A model generated the notes under the pieces. That model was not told the DNA's origin, searched no databases, and saw only the letters and a program-made list of their open reading frames with translations. Positions 27,084 to 36,368 of a stretch of DNA of 43,185 bases are shown here, in pieces. Origin of the DNA: an uncultured Flavobacteriaceae bacterium (lineage in GTDB: Bacteria; Bacteroidota; Bacteroidia; Flavobacteriales; Flavobacteriaceae); assembly GCA_964194835.1 (NCBI GenBank), contig CAXMOE010000002.1:277-43461 (forward strand), given 5' to 3'. The stretch's first letter is position 1, and each line of letters begins with the position of its first letter. Position numbers and translations under genes: made by a program.

Positions 27084-30000
27084 CTAATTTAATTTATAGT
27101 GTACTTCATTATCTTCCAAGTGCGCCAATAATTCAGAGGATATTTGTACTTTTTGTTTTCTACTTGATAAATTGACCTTTATCTGGTCTTCCATTTCATA
27201 GACAATAAAATGCAAGGGATGGCTACCTTTATGGGAAATTAAGGTATCCTTTAAATCATGGATACTTTCTTCTTTTAATTGGTCTATATCCAGTTTTATG
27301 GTCAATTTTTTTGCGTAGGCTTCCATTACATCCTGCAACATCATCACCGTGTTGTACTGTAAACGTGGATCCCCTTTCTTACCAGTTTCCCTATTTGTCC
27401 AACCTTCCCGCACCAATACTTTAAAGAATGCAAAAGAGTTGATCATAAGAAAGTGGCGGAACTTTAAATATTCCTCTCCAAAAATCCTGAACTCAAAAGA
27501 ATCGGTATAATCCTCCATGGTGAACAAGGCCCAACCTTTTCCGTTTTTGGATATCCTATGCTGTACATCCGTAATAACGCCAGCAAACGAAAGTTCCCGA
27601 TTTACATGGTCCTCCAAATGGTTTAAAAACGATACATTGGCATTACTAAATGCCTTAATTTCAGTTTTAAAATCATCCAATGGGTGTCCGGAGATGTAAA
27701 TTCCAACGACCTCTTTTTCCCTTCGGAGTTTTTCCATTGTACCCCATTTTTCACATGGTGGCACAACGGGTTCGGGTATTTGTACATCACTGGCATCGCC
27801 AAATAAGCTTACTTGGGATGAATTTTCACTTTCTTGGTACTTTGCCCCATATTTCATCACCTTTTCCAAAAAGGTAATTCCATCTCCTTCATCATGGAAA
27901 TATTGAGCTCTATGTGATTTCCCAAAAGAATCGAAGCCTCCAGCAACAGCTAAATTTTCAAAGGCTTTCTTGTTTGCGCACCTTAAGTCTACACGTTTTG
28001 CCAAATCAAATACAGATTTGTACGGGCCTTCCTCTTTTCGTTGTTCTACGATGGTCTCTACTGCGGCTCGTCCTACTCCCTTAACGGCACCCATTCCAAA
28101 ACGCACGGCATTATCCTTGTTTACAGCAAATTTATAATACGACTCATTCACATCAGGACCCAATACCGGTAGACCCATGCGCTTACATTCCTCCATGAAA
28201 AAGGTCACTTGTTTTATGTCATTCATATTATTGGATAGAACTGCAGCCATATACTCGGCTGGATAATGGGCCTTTAAATAAGCAGTTTGATAGGCAATGT
28301 ATGCATAGCATGTAGAGTGACTTTTGTTGAAGGCATAGGAAGCAAAGGCCTCCCAATCCTTCCATATTTTTTCCAATATTTCCCGAGGATGACCGTTCTT
28401 TTCACCACCATCCAAAAACTGTGGTTTTAATTTTTGTAGCAGAGCAAAAATCTTTTTCCCCATGGCCTTTCGCAAAACATCGGCTTCACCTTTGGTAAAA
28501 CCTGCCAGTTTTTGCGATAACAACATCACCTGTTCCTGATACACAGTAATACCATAGGTTTCTTTAAGGTATTCCTCCATTTCAGGGAGGTCATAGGTAA
28601 TCTCCGCCATGCCATTTTTCCTGGAAATAAACGTAGGGATGTACTCCATGGGTCCTGGACGGTACAATGCGTTCATAGCAATAAGGTCATCAAAGACCGA
28701 TGGTTTAAGATCCTTCAAATGCTTTTGCATGCCAACGGACTCATATTGAAAAATACCAACGGTATCTCCCTTTTGGAAAAGCTCATACGTTTTTTCATCG
28801 TCCAAAGGAAAATCATCGGGCACCAACTGAATGCCGTGTTTTGCCTTTACAATTTTAACGGTGTCCTTGATCAGGGTCAACGTTTTTAACCCCAGGAAGT
28901 CCATCTTCAACAGTCCCGCACTTTCCACAACCGAGTTATCAAACTGGGTCACATAAAGATCCGAATCCTTTGCCGTGGCCACAGGGACAAAGTTGGTAAT
29001 GTCATCTGGTGTTATAATCACGCCACAGGCATGGATTCCAGTATTCCGCAATGAACCTTCAAGTACACGTGCCATCTTCAAGGTTTGACCCTCCAAATCG
29101 TCACCTTCCGAAATATTCAATAATTCGTGCACCTTTACCAAGTCTTCCGCACGGAATTTCTTTTTTAAATCGGCCTCACTCACATCAAAAATCTTTCCGA
29201 GTTTGGACATGGTCGGAATTAATTTGGCAATCCTATCGGCATCCCCTAAAGGCAAATCCAATACCCTGGCCGTATCCCGAATAGAGGATTTGGCGGCCAT
29301 GGTGCCATAAGTAATGATCTGTGCTACCTGGTTTGCCCCGTATTTATTAATCACATAATCCATGACCCTGCCCCTGCCCTCATCATCGAAATCTATATCT
29401 ATATCGGGCATGGATACCCTATCCGGGTTCAGGAATCTCTCAAAAAGCAAATCATATTTCAACGGGTCTATATTGGTGATCTTTAAACAATAGGCCACCA
29501 CAGATCCTGCAGCAGAACCTCTACCAGGTCCTACGGATACATCCATACTCCGTGCTTCCCGAATAAAATCTTCTACAATTAAAAAGTAACCTGGATAACC
29601 AGTATTCTTTATAACATCTAATTCAAAATCTATGCGCTCCTGTATCTCCGGGGTAATTTCCGGGTAACGCTTTTTTGCGCCTTCATAAGTGATGTGTCGC
29701 AAATAGGCATTTTCTCCTCGTTTTCCTCCATCTGATATATCCTCATCCACCCTAAATTGGGAAGGAATATCAAATTTGGGCAAAAGCACGTCCCTGGCCA
29801 GTTCATAAGGCTCAATCTTATCCACAATCTCCTGAATATTGAGTATAGATTCTGGGAGATCATGAAATTTTTCTTTCATTTCCCCAGATGACTTAAAGTA
29901 ATACTCCTGATTGGGCAGGCCGTAACGATAGCCACGTCCGCGGCCTATTGGAGTTGCTTGCTTTTCACCATCTTTAACACATAACAAAATATCGTGAGCA

Positions 30001-31469
30001 TCCGCATCTTCCTTGGCACAGTAGTAAGTATTATTGGTAGCTACCAATTTAACCTGATGCTTTTTTGCAAGCATTACCAACACTTGATTTACACGATCCT
30101 CATCTTCCTGTCCATGCCGCATGATCTCGAGATAGAGGTCATGCCCAAACTGGCCCTTCCACCACAATAATGCTTCCTCTGCCTGTTTCTCACCAACATT
30201 CAATACCTTCCCAGGAACCTCACCGTAAAGGTTCCCTGTAAGTACAATAATATCTTCTTTGTATTGCTCAATGACCTTTCGGTCTATACGTGGTACATAA
30301 TAGAATCCTTCGGTATAAGCAATGGAAGACATTTTTGCCAGATTGTGGTAGCCCTTTTTGTTCTTGGCCAAAAGCACAATCTGATACCCATAATCCTTCA
30401 CATTCTTGTTGGTATGGTCATCGCAAACAAAAAATTCACAACCCATTATCGGCATTATTTCATGTTCCGAAAGGACCTCGCCTTTTTCAATCGCCTCGGC
30501 TTTTCTTTGCTTAACTAGGGCATTGTGTGCCTTAACCTCTTTTACAAAATGAAAGGCACCCATCATATTGGCATGATCCGTTAGGGCCACAGCAGGCATA
30601 TTTTCTTTGGCAGCGGATTTGATCAAATCTTTTATATTGATCGTGGATTGCAAGACCGAAAATTGGGAATGATTATGTAAATGCACGAACTGGGCATCTG
30701 CAAGACTTTCAATATTTTCCTTGATCTCGTCCTGCGAGATTTTGCTGGTATCCTTGTCCCAGAGTTGGTCCGCTATTTTTTTGGAAGCCTTCTTTAGATT
30801 AATATGCTTTAAACCGATAAGCTCAATTTCCAAAGGATTGGCTTCAGAAAAATCATGGAAATAGTCGGGTTGCACATCCAGTTGCTCTTGGGTATAATGC
30901 TGTCTGCGTAGCAGTTCCAAAAAACAACGTGTAGTGGCCTCTACATCAGCCGTGGCATTGTGAGCCCCGGAGAAGGGTTTATTGAACAAATATTGATGGA
31001 GTTCGGTAAGTGTGGGCAATTTAAACTTGCCGCCCCGTCCTCCCGGAATTTGGCAAAGCAATGCTGTCGCTTCCGTACAGGTATCCAATACCGGAAGTTC
31101 CTGAAGAAGATTTTTAACCTGTAATCTATGAAATTCGGCGCCCATTATATTGACATCAAAACCAAGGTTCTGACCCACAATAAACTTTGCCTTGGAAAGG
31201 GCTTCGTTAAATTTTTCCAATACCTCCACCAAGGGAATCCCCTTTTCTTGTGCAAGTGCAGTTGAAATACCATGGATTTGTTCTGCATCATAAGGAATAT
31301 TGAATCCCTCTGGCTGCACCAAATAATCCTGATGATCGACCAGGTTTCCCATGGAATCGTGCAACTGCCAGGCCAACTGTATGCAACGGGGCCAATTGTC
31401 CGTATCGGTAAAAGGAGCGTTCCACCGTTTGGGCAAACCGGTGGTCTCGGTATCAAAAATCAGGTACAT
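27084..31469 (-). CDS. dnaE: DNA polymerase III alpha subunit with a fused N-terminal DEDDh 3'-5' exonuclease domain
   Basis: 1461 aa. Residues 1 to about 190 carry Exo I FDTETTG, Exo II GQNLGFDVNIM and Exo III HNATADVEAT. Then come PHP (VHLHNHSQFSVLQS), the palm catalytic motif MPDIDIDFDDEGR, and the HhH/OB regions of DnaE1. Confidence 0.9.
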   Translation of the reverse strand: MYLIFDTETTGLPKRWNAPFTDTDNWPRCIQLAWQLHDSMGNLVDHQDYLVQPEGFNIPYDAEQIHGISTALAQEKGIPLVEVLEKFNEALSKAKFIVGQNLGFDVNIMGAEFHRLQVKNLLQELPVLDTCTEATALLCQIPGGRGGKFKLPTLTELHQYLFNKPFSGAHNATADVEATTRCFLELLRRQHYTQEQLDVQPDYFHDFSEANPLEIELIGLKHINLKKASKKIADQLWDKDTSKISQDEIKENIESLADAQFVHLHNHSQFSVLQSTINIKDLIKSAAKENMPAVALTDHANMMGAFHFVKEVKAHNALVKQRKAEAIEKGEVLSEHEIMPIMGCEFFVCDDHTNKNVKDYGYQIVLLAKNKKGYHNLAKMSSIAYTEGFYYVPRIDRKVIEQYKEDIIVLTGNLYGEVPGKVLNVGEKQAEEALLWWKGQFGHDLYLEIMRHGQEDEDRVNQVLVMLAKKHQVKLVATNNTYYCAKEDADAHDILLCVKDGEKQATPIGRGRGYRYGLPNQEYYFKSSGEMKEKFHDLPESILNIQEIVDKIEPYELARDVLLPKFDIPSQFRVDEDISDGGKRGENAYLRHITYEGAKKRYPEITPEIQERIDFELDVIKNTGYPGYFLIVEDFIREARSMDVSVGPGRGSAAGSVVAYCLKITNIDPLKYDLLFERFLNPDRVSMPDIDIDFDDEGRGRVMDYVINKYGANQVAQIITYGTMAAKSSIRDTARVLDLPLGDADRIAKLIPTMSKLGKIFDVSEADLKKKFRAEDLVKVHELLNISEGDDLEGQTLKMARVLEGSLRNTGIHACGVIITPDDITNFVPVATAKDSDLYVTQFDNSVVESAGLLKMDFLGLKTLTLIKDTVKIVKAKHGIQLVPDDFPLDDEKTYELFQKGDTVGIFQYESVGMQKHLKDLKPSVFDDLIAMNALYRPGPMEYIPTFISRKNGMAEITYDLPEMEEYLKETYGITVYQEQVMLLSQKLAGFTKGEADVLRKAMGKKIFALLQKLKPQFLDGGEKNGHPREILEKIWKDWEAFASYAFNKSHSTCYAYIAYQTAYLKAHYPAEYMAAVLSNNMNDIKQVTFFMEECKRMGLPVLGPDVNESYYKFAVNKDNAVRFGMGAVKGVGRAAVETIVEQRKEEGPYKSVFDLAKRVDLRCANKKAFENLAVAGGFDSFGKSHRAQYFHDEGDGITFLEKVMKYGAKYQESENSSQVSLFGDASDVQIPEPVVPPCEKWGTMEKLRREKEVVGIYISGHPLDDFKTEIKAFSNANVSFLNHLEDHVNRELSFAGVITDVQHRISKNGKGWALFTMEDYTDSFEFRIFGEEYLKFRHFLMINSFAFFKVLVREGWTNRETGKKGDPRLQYNTVMMLQDVMEAYAKKLTIKLDIDQLKEESIHDLKDTLISHKGSHPLHFIVYEMEDQIKVNLSSRKQKVQISSELLAHLEDNEVHYKLN

Positions 31470-31593
31470 AAAGATTGTTTTATCAGTATGATTAAGGTAG
31501 CCATAAAAATATGGAAATGTTCCTTTTCGACAAGATAGAATTGTTATGAGTTATTAACTTCTGTTTTAACCAATATTAATTTATAAAAACATA

Positions 31594-31623
31594 TTGCCCA
31601 TTTATTAAAATGAAGTATATTTG
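31594..31623 (+). promoter_or_regulatory. Bacteroidota-type promoter for rpsP-rimM (-33 TTG, -7 TATATTTG)
   Basis: TTGC at 31594 and TATATTTG at 31616..31623 are separated by 19 nt. The -7 region (TATATTTGCACCCGC) is nearly identical to that of the tRNA-Asp promoter (TATATTTGCAACCGC). It lies about 70 nt upstream of the rpsP ATG. Confidence 0.55.
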
Positions 31624-31693
31624 CACCCGCTTAGCTTTTAGGCGATAAAAGAATTAATAACTTGGGTCGGGCACCCTACAAAATTAATGTGAT

Positions 31694-32386
31694 ATGCCAG
31701 TTAAAATTAGATTACAGAGACACGGAAAAAAAGGAAAACCATTTTACTGGGTAGTAGCCGCGGATTCGCGTGCTAAAAGAGATGGTAAATTCTTGGAGAA
31801 ATTGGGAATCTATAATCCCAATACCGATCCTGCCACAATAGAACTTAATGTGGACAATTCGGTTGAATGGTTGCAAAACGGGGCACAGCCCTCTGAAACA
31901 GCAAAAAGAATCCTATCCTATAAAGGAGTACTTCTAAAACACCATTTATTGGGAGGTGTTCGTAAAGGAGCATTGACCGAAGAACAAGCAGAAGAAAAGT
32001 TTGTTGCTTGGTTGGGTGAGAAAGAAAAATTGGTAAACACTAAAGTAGATGGTTTGGCAAAAGCCAATGCAGAAGTGAAAGCCAAGGCTTTGAAAGCAGA
32101 AAAAGAAGTCAATGAAAAACGTGCATTAGCTGCTGCTGAAGCAGTAGCTCCGGAAGAAGCTGAAATAGTGGAAACCGCACCAATAGTAGAGGAAGCTGCC
32201 ACTGAAGAAGTTGAAGTTACACCTGTTGCAGAAGAAGCTGCTGTAGTGGAAGAGCCTGTTGCTAAGAAAGAAGAAGCTGCTCCTGTAGTAGAAGAAACAG
32301 CTGTAGTGGAAGAGCCTGCTGCAAAGAAAGAAGAAGCTGCTAAAGCTAAGGAAGCTGCACCTGCAGATTCCAAGGAAAAGAAATAG
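31694..32386 (+). CDS. rpsP: 30S ribosomal protein S16 with a long Ala/Glu/Lys-rich C-terminal extension
   Basis: The N-terminus MPVKIRLQRHGKKGKPFYWVVAADSRAKRDGKFLEKLGIYNP is canonical S16. Residues from about 90 to 230 are a low-complexity acidic/alanine tail. Confidence 0.9.
   Translation: MPVKIRLQRHGKKGKPFYWVVAADSRAKRDGKFLEKLGIYNPNTDPATIELNVDNSVEWLQNGAQPSETAKRILSYKGVLLKHHLLGGVRKGALTEEQAEEKFVAWLGEKEKLVNTKVDGLAKANAEVKAKALKAEKEVNEKRALAAAEAVAPEEAEIVETAPIVEEAATEEVEVTPVAEEAAVVEEPVAKKEEAAPVVEETAVVEEPAAKKEEAAKAKEAAPADSKEKK
32239..32342 (+). repeat. 60-bp tandem duplication inside the S16 tail
   Basis: gctgtagtggaagagcctgttgctaagaaagaagaagctgct (32239..32280) recurs at 32299..32340 with 2 mismatches. 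It encodes AVVEEPVAKKEEAA / AVVEEPAAKKEEAA. Confidence 0.7.
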
Positions 32387-32397
32387 TCACTGGGACG

Positions 32398-32925
32398 ATG
32401 CGAAAGGAAGATTGTTTCTACCTCGGTAAAATCGTTTCAAAATTTAGTTATAAGGGTGAGGTCTTAATTAAATTGGACACGGACGATCCCGAAATCTACG
32501 AAAATATGGAATCAGTATTTGTTTCTTTGGGAAGCAATCTGGTTCCATTTTTTATTGAAAAATGCGTCTTGCACAAATCCAGCCTTCTTCGAATTCGTTT
32601 TGAGGAAGTTAACAATGAGTCAGATGCCGACAAGGTAATGGGCACCAAGCTTTATTTACCCTTGAAATTCCTGCCAAAACTTACAGGCAATAAATTTTAT
32701 TATCATGAGGTCATTGGATTTACTATGCTAGACAGTATACATGGTGATATCGGAACTATACAAAGTGTAAATGACACCACCGCACAAGCCTTATTCGAAG
32801 TTATAAAAAACGACAAGCAATTATTGATTCCTATCAATGATGAAATTATAACCAAGATAGATCGGGAAAATAAAACCATATTTGTAAATACCCCCGAAGG
32901 TCTAGTGGATTTATACCTTGGATAA
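32398..32925 (+). CDS. rimM: Ribosome maturation factor RimM
   Basis: 175 aa. The pattern is RimM N-terminal beta-barrel plus PRC barrel (GKIVSKFSYKGEVLIKL..., FYYHEVIGF). It sits immediately after rpsP, the conserved rpsP-rimM arrangement. Confidence 0.85.
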   Translation: MRKEDCFYLGKIVSKFSYKGEVLIKLDTDDPEIYENMESVFVSLGSNLVPFFIEKCVLHKSSLLRIRFEEVNNESDADKVMGTKLYLPLKFLPKLTGNKFYYHEVIGFTMLDSIHGDIGTIQSVNDTTAQALFEVIKNDKQLLIPINDEIITKIDRENKTIFVNTPEGLVDLYLG

Positions 32926-33004
32926 ACAACTTCCAAGATCAAGACAGTGCTTTTCATGAACCTCCCTATATATTTAGGGTTTTGCTAATTTAAAACATAG
33001 CATT

Positions 33005-34435
33005 ATGAACAAATTCCTGTATTTGTCGGTTTTACTATTGGGGCTCTATTCCTGCGGTAATCATGTGACCAAAAAACAAGTAACAAACAAACTCCCGAAT
33101 ATAATTCTAATTTTCACAGACGATCAGGGATATCAAGATGTGGGTGTTTTTGGTTCTCCTGACATAGCGACGCCTCATTTGGACAATATGGCCAAAGAAG
33201 GGGTTAAATTGACCAATTTTTATGCCGCACAGGCGGTCTGTTCAGCTTCCAGGGCAGGAATATTGACTGGTTGCTACCCAAACCGGATCGGAATACACAA
33301 TGCCCTCATGCCCAACAGTAAAATAGGACTGAATCCGACTGAGACTACAATGGCAGATATGCTAAAAAATAAGGGATATAAGACTGCTATTTTTGGAAAA
33401 TGGCATCTTGGAGACCATCCTAATTTTATGCCCAATAATCAAGGTTTTGATGAATATTTTGGAATTCCATATTCCAATGATATGTGGCCTTTACACCCTC
33501 AACAAGGACCTATATTTAATTTTGACCCCCTTCCATTATATGAAAATGAATCCGTTGTCGACACCCTAACGGACCAATCATTTTTAACAACTGCAATCAC
33601 CGAAAGAAGTGTAGATTTCATAAAAAGGAATAAAGACAATCCGTTTTTCCTTTACGTTGCCCATCCGCAACCCCATGTACCTCTTTATGTTTCGGAAAAG
33701 TTTAAAGGGAAATCAGAAAGAGGACTCTATGGTGATGTGATTATGGAAATAGATTGGTCCGTCGGTCAAATATTGAATGCTTTAAAAATGAACGATTTGG
33801 ATGACAATACAGTTGTCATTTTTACATCCGACAATGGTCCTTGGCTTGCCTATGGAGACCATGCAGGTAGTGCCCAACCATTTAGGGAAGGCAAAGGAAC
33901 AGCTTGGGAAGGTGGGCATAGGGAACCATTTATTATTAAATATCCCAAAAAATTACGTCCTGGTACAACTATAGATATACCTATAATGGCAATCGATATT
34001 TTACCGACCATTGCCGAGTTAACAGAATCCGACCTACCGAAAACAAAGATCGACGGAAAAAGTGTCTGGAAAATTTTAACAGGAGAAAACTCAAAAAGCC
34101 CCCAAGAGGCCTATTTCTTTTACTATAAAGTGAATGAACTGCACGGTGTGCGGTATGGAAAGTGGAAATTGTATTTCCCACATAATTACAGAACCATGAA
34201 TGGCCAAGACCCTGGGAAAAATGGTCTTCCGGGAGAATATAAATTCGTGGATTTGGAGCACATTGAGCTATATGACGTATCCAAGGATATTGGTGAAACC
34301 CATAATGTGGCTCAAGAAAATCCAGATATAGTTGCAGAAATCAAAACACTGGCTGATGGGATGCGGGCTAAACTGGGCGATGCCCTTACCGAGGTGGATG
34401 GCTCCGAAACCAGGCTCCCCGGAATTGTGGAATAA
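33005..34435 (+). CDS. Secreted arylsulfatase (formylglycine-dependent sulfatase family)
   Basis: 476 aa with lipoprotein-like signal LLLGLYSC. Contains NIILIFTDDQGYQD, the formylglycine motif CSASRAGILTG, GKWHLG and TSDNGP. Confidence 0.85.
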   Translation: MNKFLYLSVLLLGLYSCGNHVTKKQVTNKLPNIILIFTDDQGYQDVGVFGSPDIATPHLDNMAKEGVKLTNFYAAQAVCSASRAGILTGCYPNRIGIHNALMPNSKIGLNPTETTMADMLKNKGYKTAIFGKWHLGDHPNFMPNNQGFDEYFGIPYSNDMWPLHPQQGPIFNFDPLPLYENESVVDTLTDQSFLTTAITERSVDFIKRNKDNPFFLYVAHPQPHVPLYVSEKFKGKSERGLYGDVIMEIDWSVGQILNALKMNDLDDNTVVIFTSDNGPWLAYGDHAGSAQPFREGKGTAWEGGHREPFIIKYPKKLRPGTTIDIPIMAIDILPTIAELTESDLPKTKIDGKSVWKILTGENSKSPQEAYFFYYKVNELHGVRYGKWKLYFPHNYRTMNGQDPGKNGLPGEYKFVDLEHIELYDVSKDIGETHNVAQENPDIVAEIKTLADGMRAKLGDALTEVDGSETRLPGIVE

Positions 34436-34472
34436 GCAAAAAATTTGCACTCGATAATATTATTTTCTCCTA

Positions 34473-35186
34473 ATGAAAAACCCTTTTAAGTTTAAACAAT
34501 TCACCATCCATCAAGATCAGTGTGCCATGAAAGTGGGTACGGATGGAGTATTGCTGGGTGCTTGGGCTACTTTAGATCATGAGCCTAATTCAATCTTGGA
34601 CATTGGCGCCGGAACCGGGCTGATTGCCCTAATGCTTGCTCAAAGAAGTCCTGCCCAGACCATAGATGCAATTGAGATCGAAACAGAAGCTTACGAGCAA
34701 TGTGTAGGCAATTTTGAGGCCTCTTCTTGGGGAGATCGCCTATTTTGCTATCATGCCGGACTGGATGAATTTGTTGAAGAATTGGAAGAACAGTACGACC
34801 TAATTGTTTCTAATCCTCCCTTTTATTCGGAAGATGTTACCAGTGGTAATAGTTCAAGGGATAAGGCCAGACAAAATAGCTCATTGCCTTTTAATGATTT
34901 GTTGCAGGGAGCTTCGAAATTGCTTTCCACGGCTGGGGTTTTTTCTGTAATTGTCCCCTTTAAGGAAGAAGGGCGGTTTATAAAATTGGCATCAGAGGTG
35001 CATCTTTTTCCAAAACGGATTACACGGGTAAAAGGAAATTCCTCTACAGAAACTAAACGAAGTCTATTGGAATTTAGTTTTGCCGAGACCGAATTTTCCG
35101 TAACGGAGCTCATAGTTGAAAAAGAGCGACACCAATATACTCCGGCCTATATTGATCTTACCAAGGATTTCTATTTAAAAATGTAG
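34473..35186 (+). CDS. tRNA1(Val) (adenine37-N6)-methyltransferase (YfiC/TrmN6 family)
   Basis: FKFKQFTIHQDQCAMKVGTDGVLLGAWA is the family-typical N-terminus. ILDIGAGTGLIALMLAQR is the SAM motif, and IVSNPPFY is the N6-adenine MTase motif IV. Confidence 0.8.
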   Translation: MKNPFKFKQFTIHQDQCAMKVGTDGVLLGAWATLDHEPNSILDIGAGTGLIALMLAQRSPAQTIDAIEIETEAYEQCVGNFEASSWGDRLFCYHAGLDEFVEELEEQYDLIVSNPPFYSEDVTSGNSSRDKARQNSSLPFNDLLQGASKLLSTAGVFSVIVPFKEEGRFIKLASEVHLFPKRITRVKGNSSTETKRSLLEFSFAETEFSVTELIVEKERHQYTPAYIDLTKDFYLKM

Positions 35187-35189
35187 TCC

Positions 35190-36095
35190 CTAAAGTCTCC
35201 TTTTGATAGGTCGTGTTAGACAGGTAGGACCACCACCTCCCTTGACACTAATTTCCTCACCCTTATAAATGAATACCTCGCATCCCGCATTTTTAAGAGC
35301 AGATACAGTTATTGGATTTCCATAAACCATAATACATTTTCTTGGAGCCACGGCCAATACATTGCAGCCCATGGATTCAAACTCCTGATCGGGCACTTCT
35401 ACCAATTGAAAACCTCTACGGATCAGTTCCTTCCTAAACCTTATTGGCATTAATGGTGAATATACCACCGCCAAATCCTTGTCCACTGGGCTGAAAATTG
35501 ACATTAAATGGAATACATCGGACTGTCCTTTATAATGTGGCAAATCAACTACCATAATTTGAATATTGAAAGGCGATAGCAGGTTCTTAAGTTGTTCTAT
35601 ACCTTCCATATTGGTTCTATAAGTATGCCCAACTGCCATGGTGTTTTCATCCAACCAGGCAACATCACCTCCTTCCAAGGTTCCAGGAGATTTTATTGCT
35701 CCAAGAATCTTGATATTGTTGGCTTCGTATACTGTTCTTTGCGCATTGGGCTCGGGCATTCTTAATGATTTGCCCATATTACATAAAATTACACCATAAT
35801 TGGTAGCAATGGAGGCATCCCGACAATAGATAGAATCTATGGTGACATTGGTAACCTCGGGCATGTAGCATATGTTGGGCACTGTCTTAGCAAGCAGGGA
35901 TTCAAACACTTTATATTCTTCCCTTGCCCAATCAAAATTGGGCTGGGACAGATAATTTAGTGCAACCCATTCCTCTTTCAACCTCGTCTCATTTACAAAT
36001 GCCTGATCAACCGTTTTGATAAAAACAGATTCCAATTTGTGGAATTCAGAATGACTGGTATACTCCATTTGTGCAAATTTAACTCGACTCTCCAT
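35190..36095 (-). CDS. Amidinotransferase-superfamily protein (dimethylarginine dimethylaminohydrolase / arginine deiminase-like)
   Basis: 301 aa. Contains LEGGDVAWL, HLMS and a C-terminal GGGGPTCLTRPI with the nucleophile Cys typical of the guanidino-modifying enzyme fold. Confidence 0.65.
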   Translation of the reverse strand: MESRVKFAQMEYTSHSEFHKLESVFIKTVDQAFVNETRLKEEWVALNYLSQPNFDWAREEYKVFESLLAKTVPNICYMPEVTNVTIDSIYCRDASIATNYGVILCNMGKSLRMPEPNAQRTVYEANNIKILGAIKSPGTLEGGDVAWLDENTMAVGHTYRTNMEGIEQLKNLLSPFNIQIMVVDLPHYKGQSDVFHLMSIFSPVDKDLAVVYSPLMPIRFRKELIRRGFQLVEVPDQEFESMGCNVLAVAPRKCIMVYGNPITVSALKNAGCEVFIYKGEEISVKGGGGPTCLTRPIKRRL

Positions 36096-36323
36096 TTCTC
36101 CATTTCATCCAAACATAAAAAAGGTATTCCGGCCAACAATAGTATAAATCCTCAAAAAACAGCTTTCTCACCTGCTCCACAAATCGCCAATAAGGGATAA
36201 GAAAATGCCCTCACCTATCATATTACCAATTACCAAGGAGGATCTCATCCATAGACCCACTTTTTTTATTGGAATCCTGACTCATGAGGGAGGACAAATA
36301 AAAATAAATACATATAAATTAGT

Positions 36324-36331
36324 TACTTTTG
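36324..36331 (+). promoter_or_regulatory. -7 promoter box TACTTTTG upstream of the Rieske oxygenase gene
   Basis: It matches TAnnTTTG and lies 38 nt upstream of the ATG at 36369. It lies just upstream of (2 nt before) the longer TTG start at 36333, leaving too little room for a transcription start, which argues for the 36369 start. Confidence 0.35.
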
Positions 36332-36368
36332 GTTGGCTTGTCCTTCGAATGTACAAATTAAATTCTTC

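Noticed and set aside
31918-32373. 151-aa minus-strand ORF rich in Ala/Ser/Thr
   Set aside because: It is the antisense reading of the GAA/GCT-rich low-complexity tail of rpsP. It stays open only because of the biased composition.
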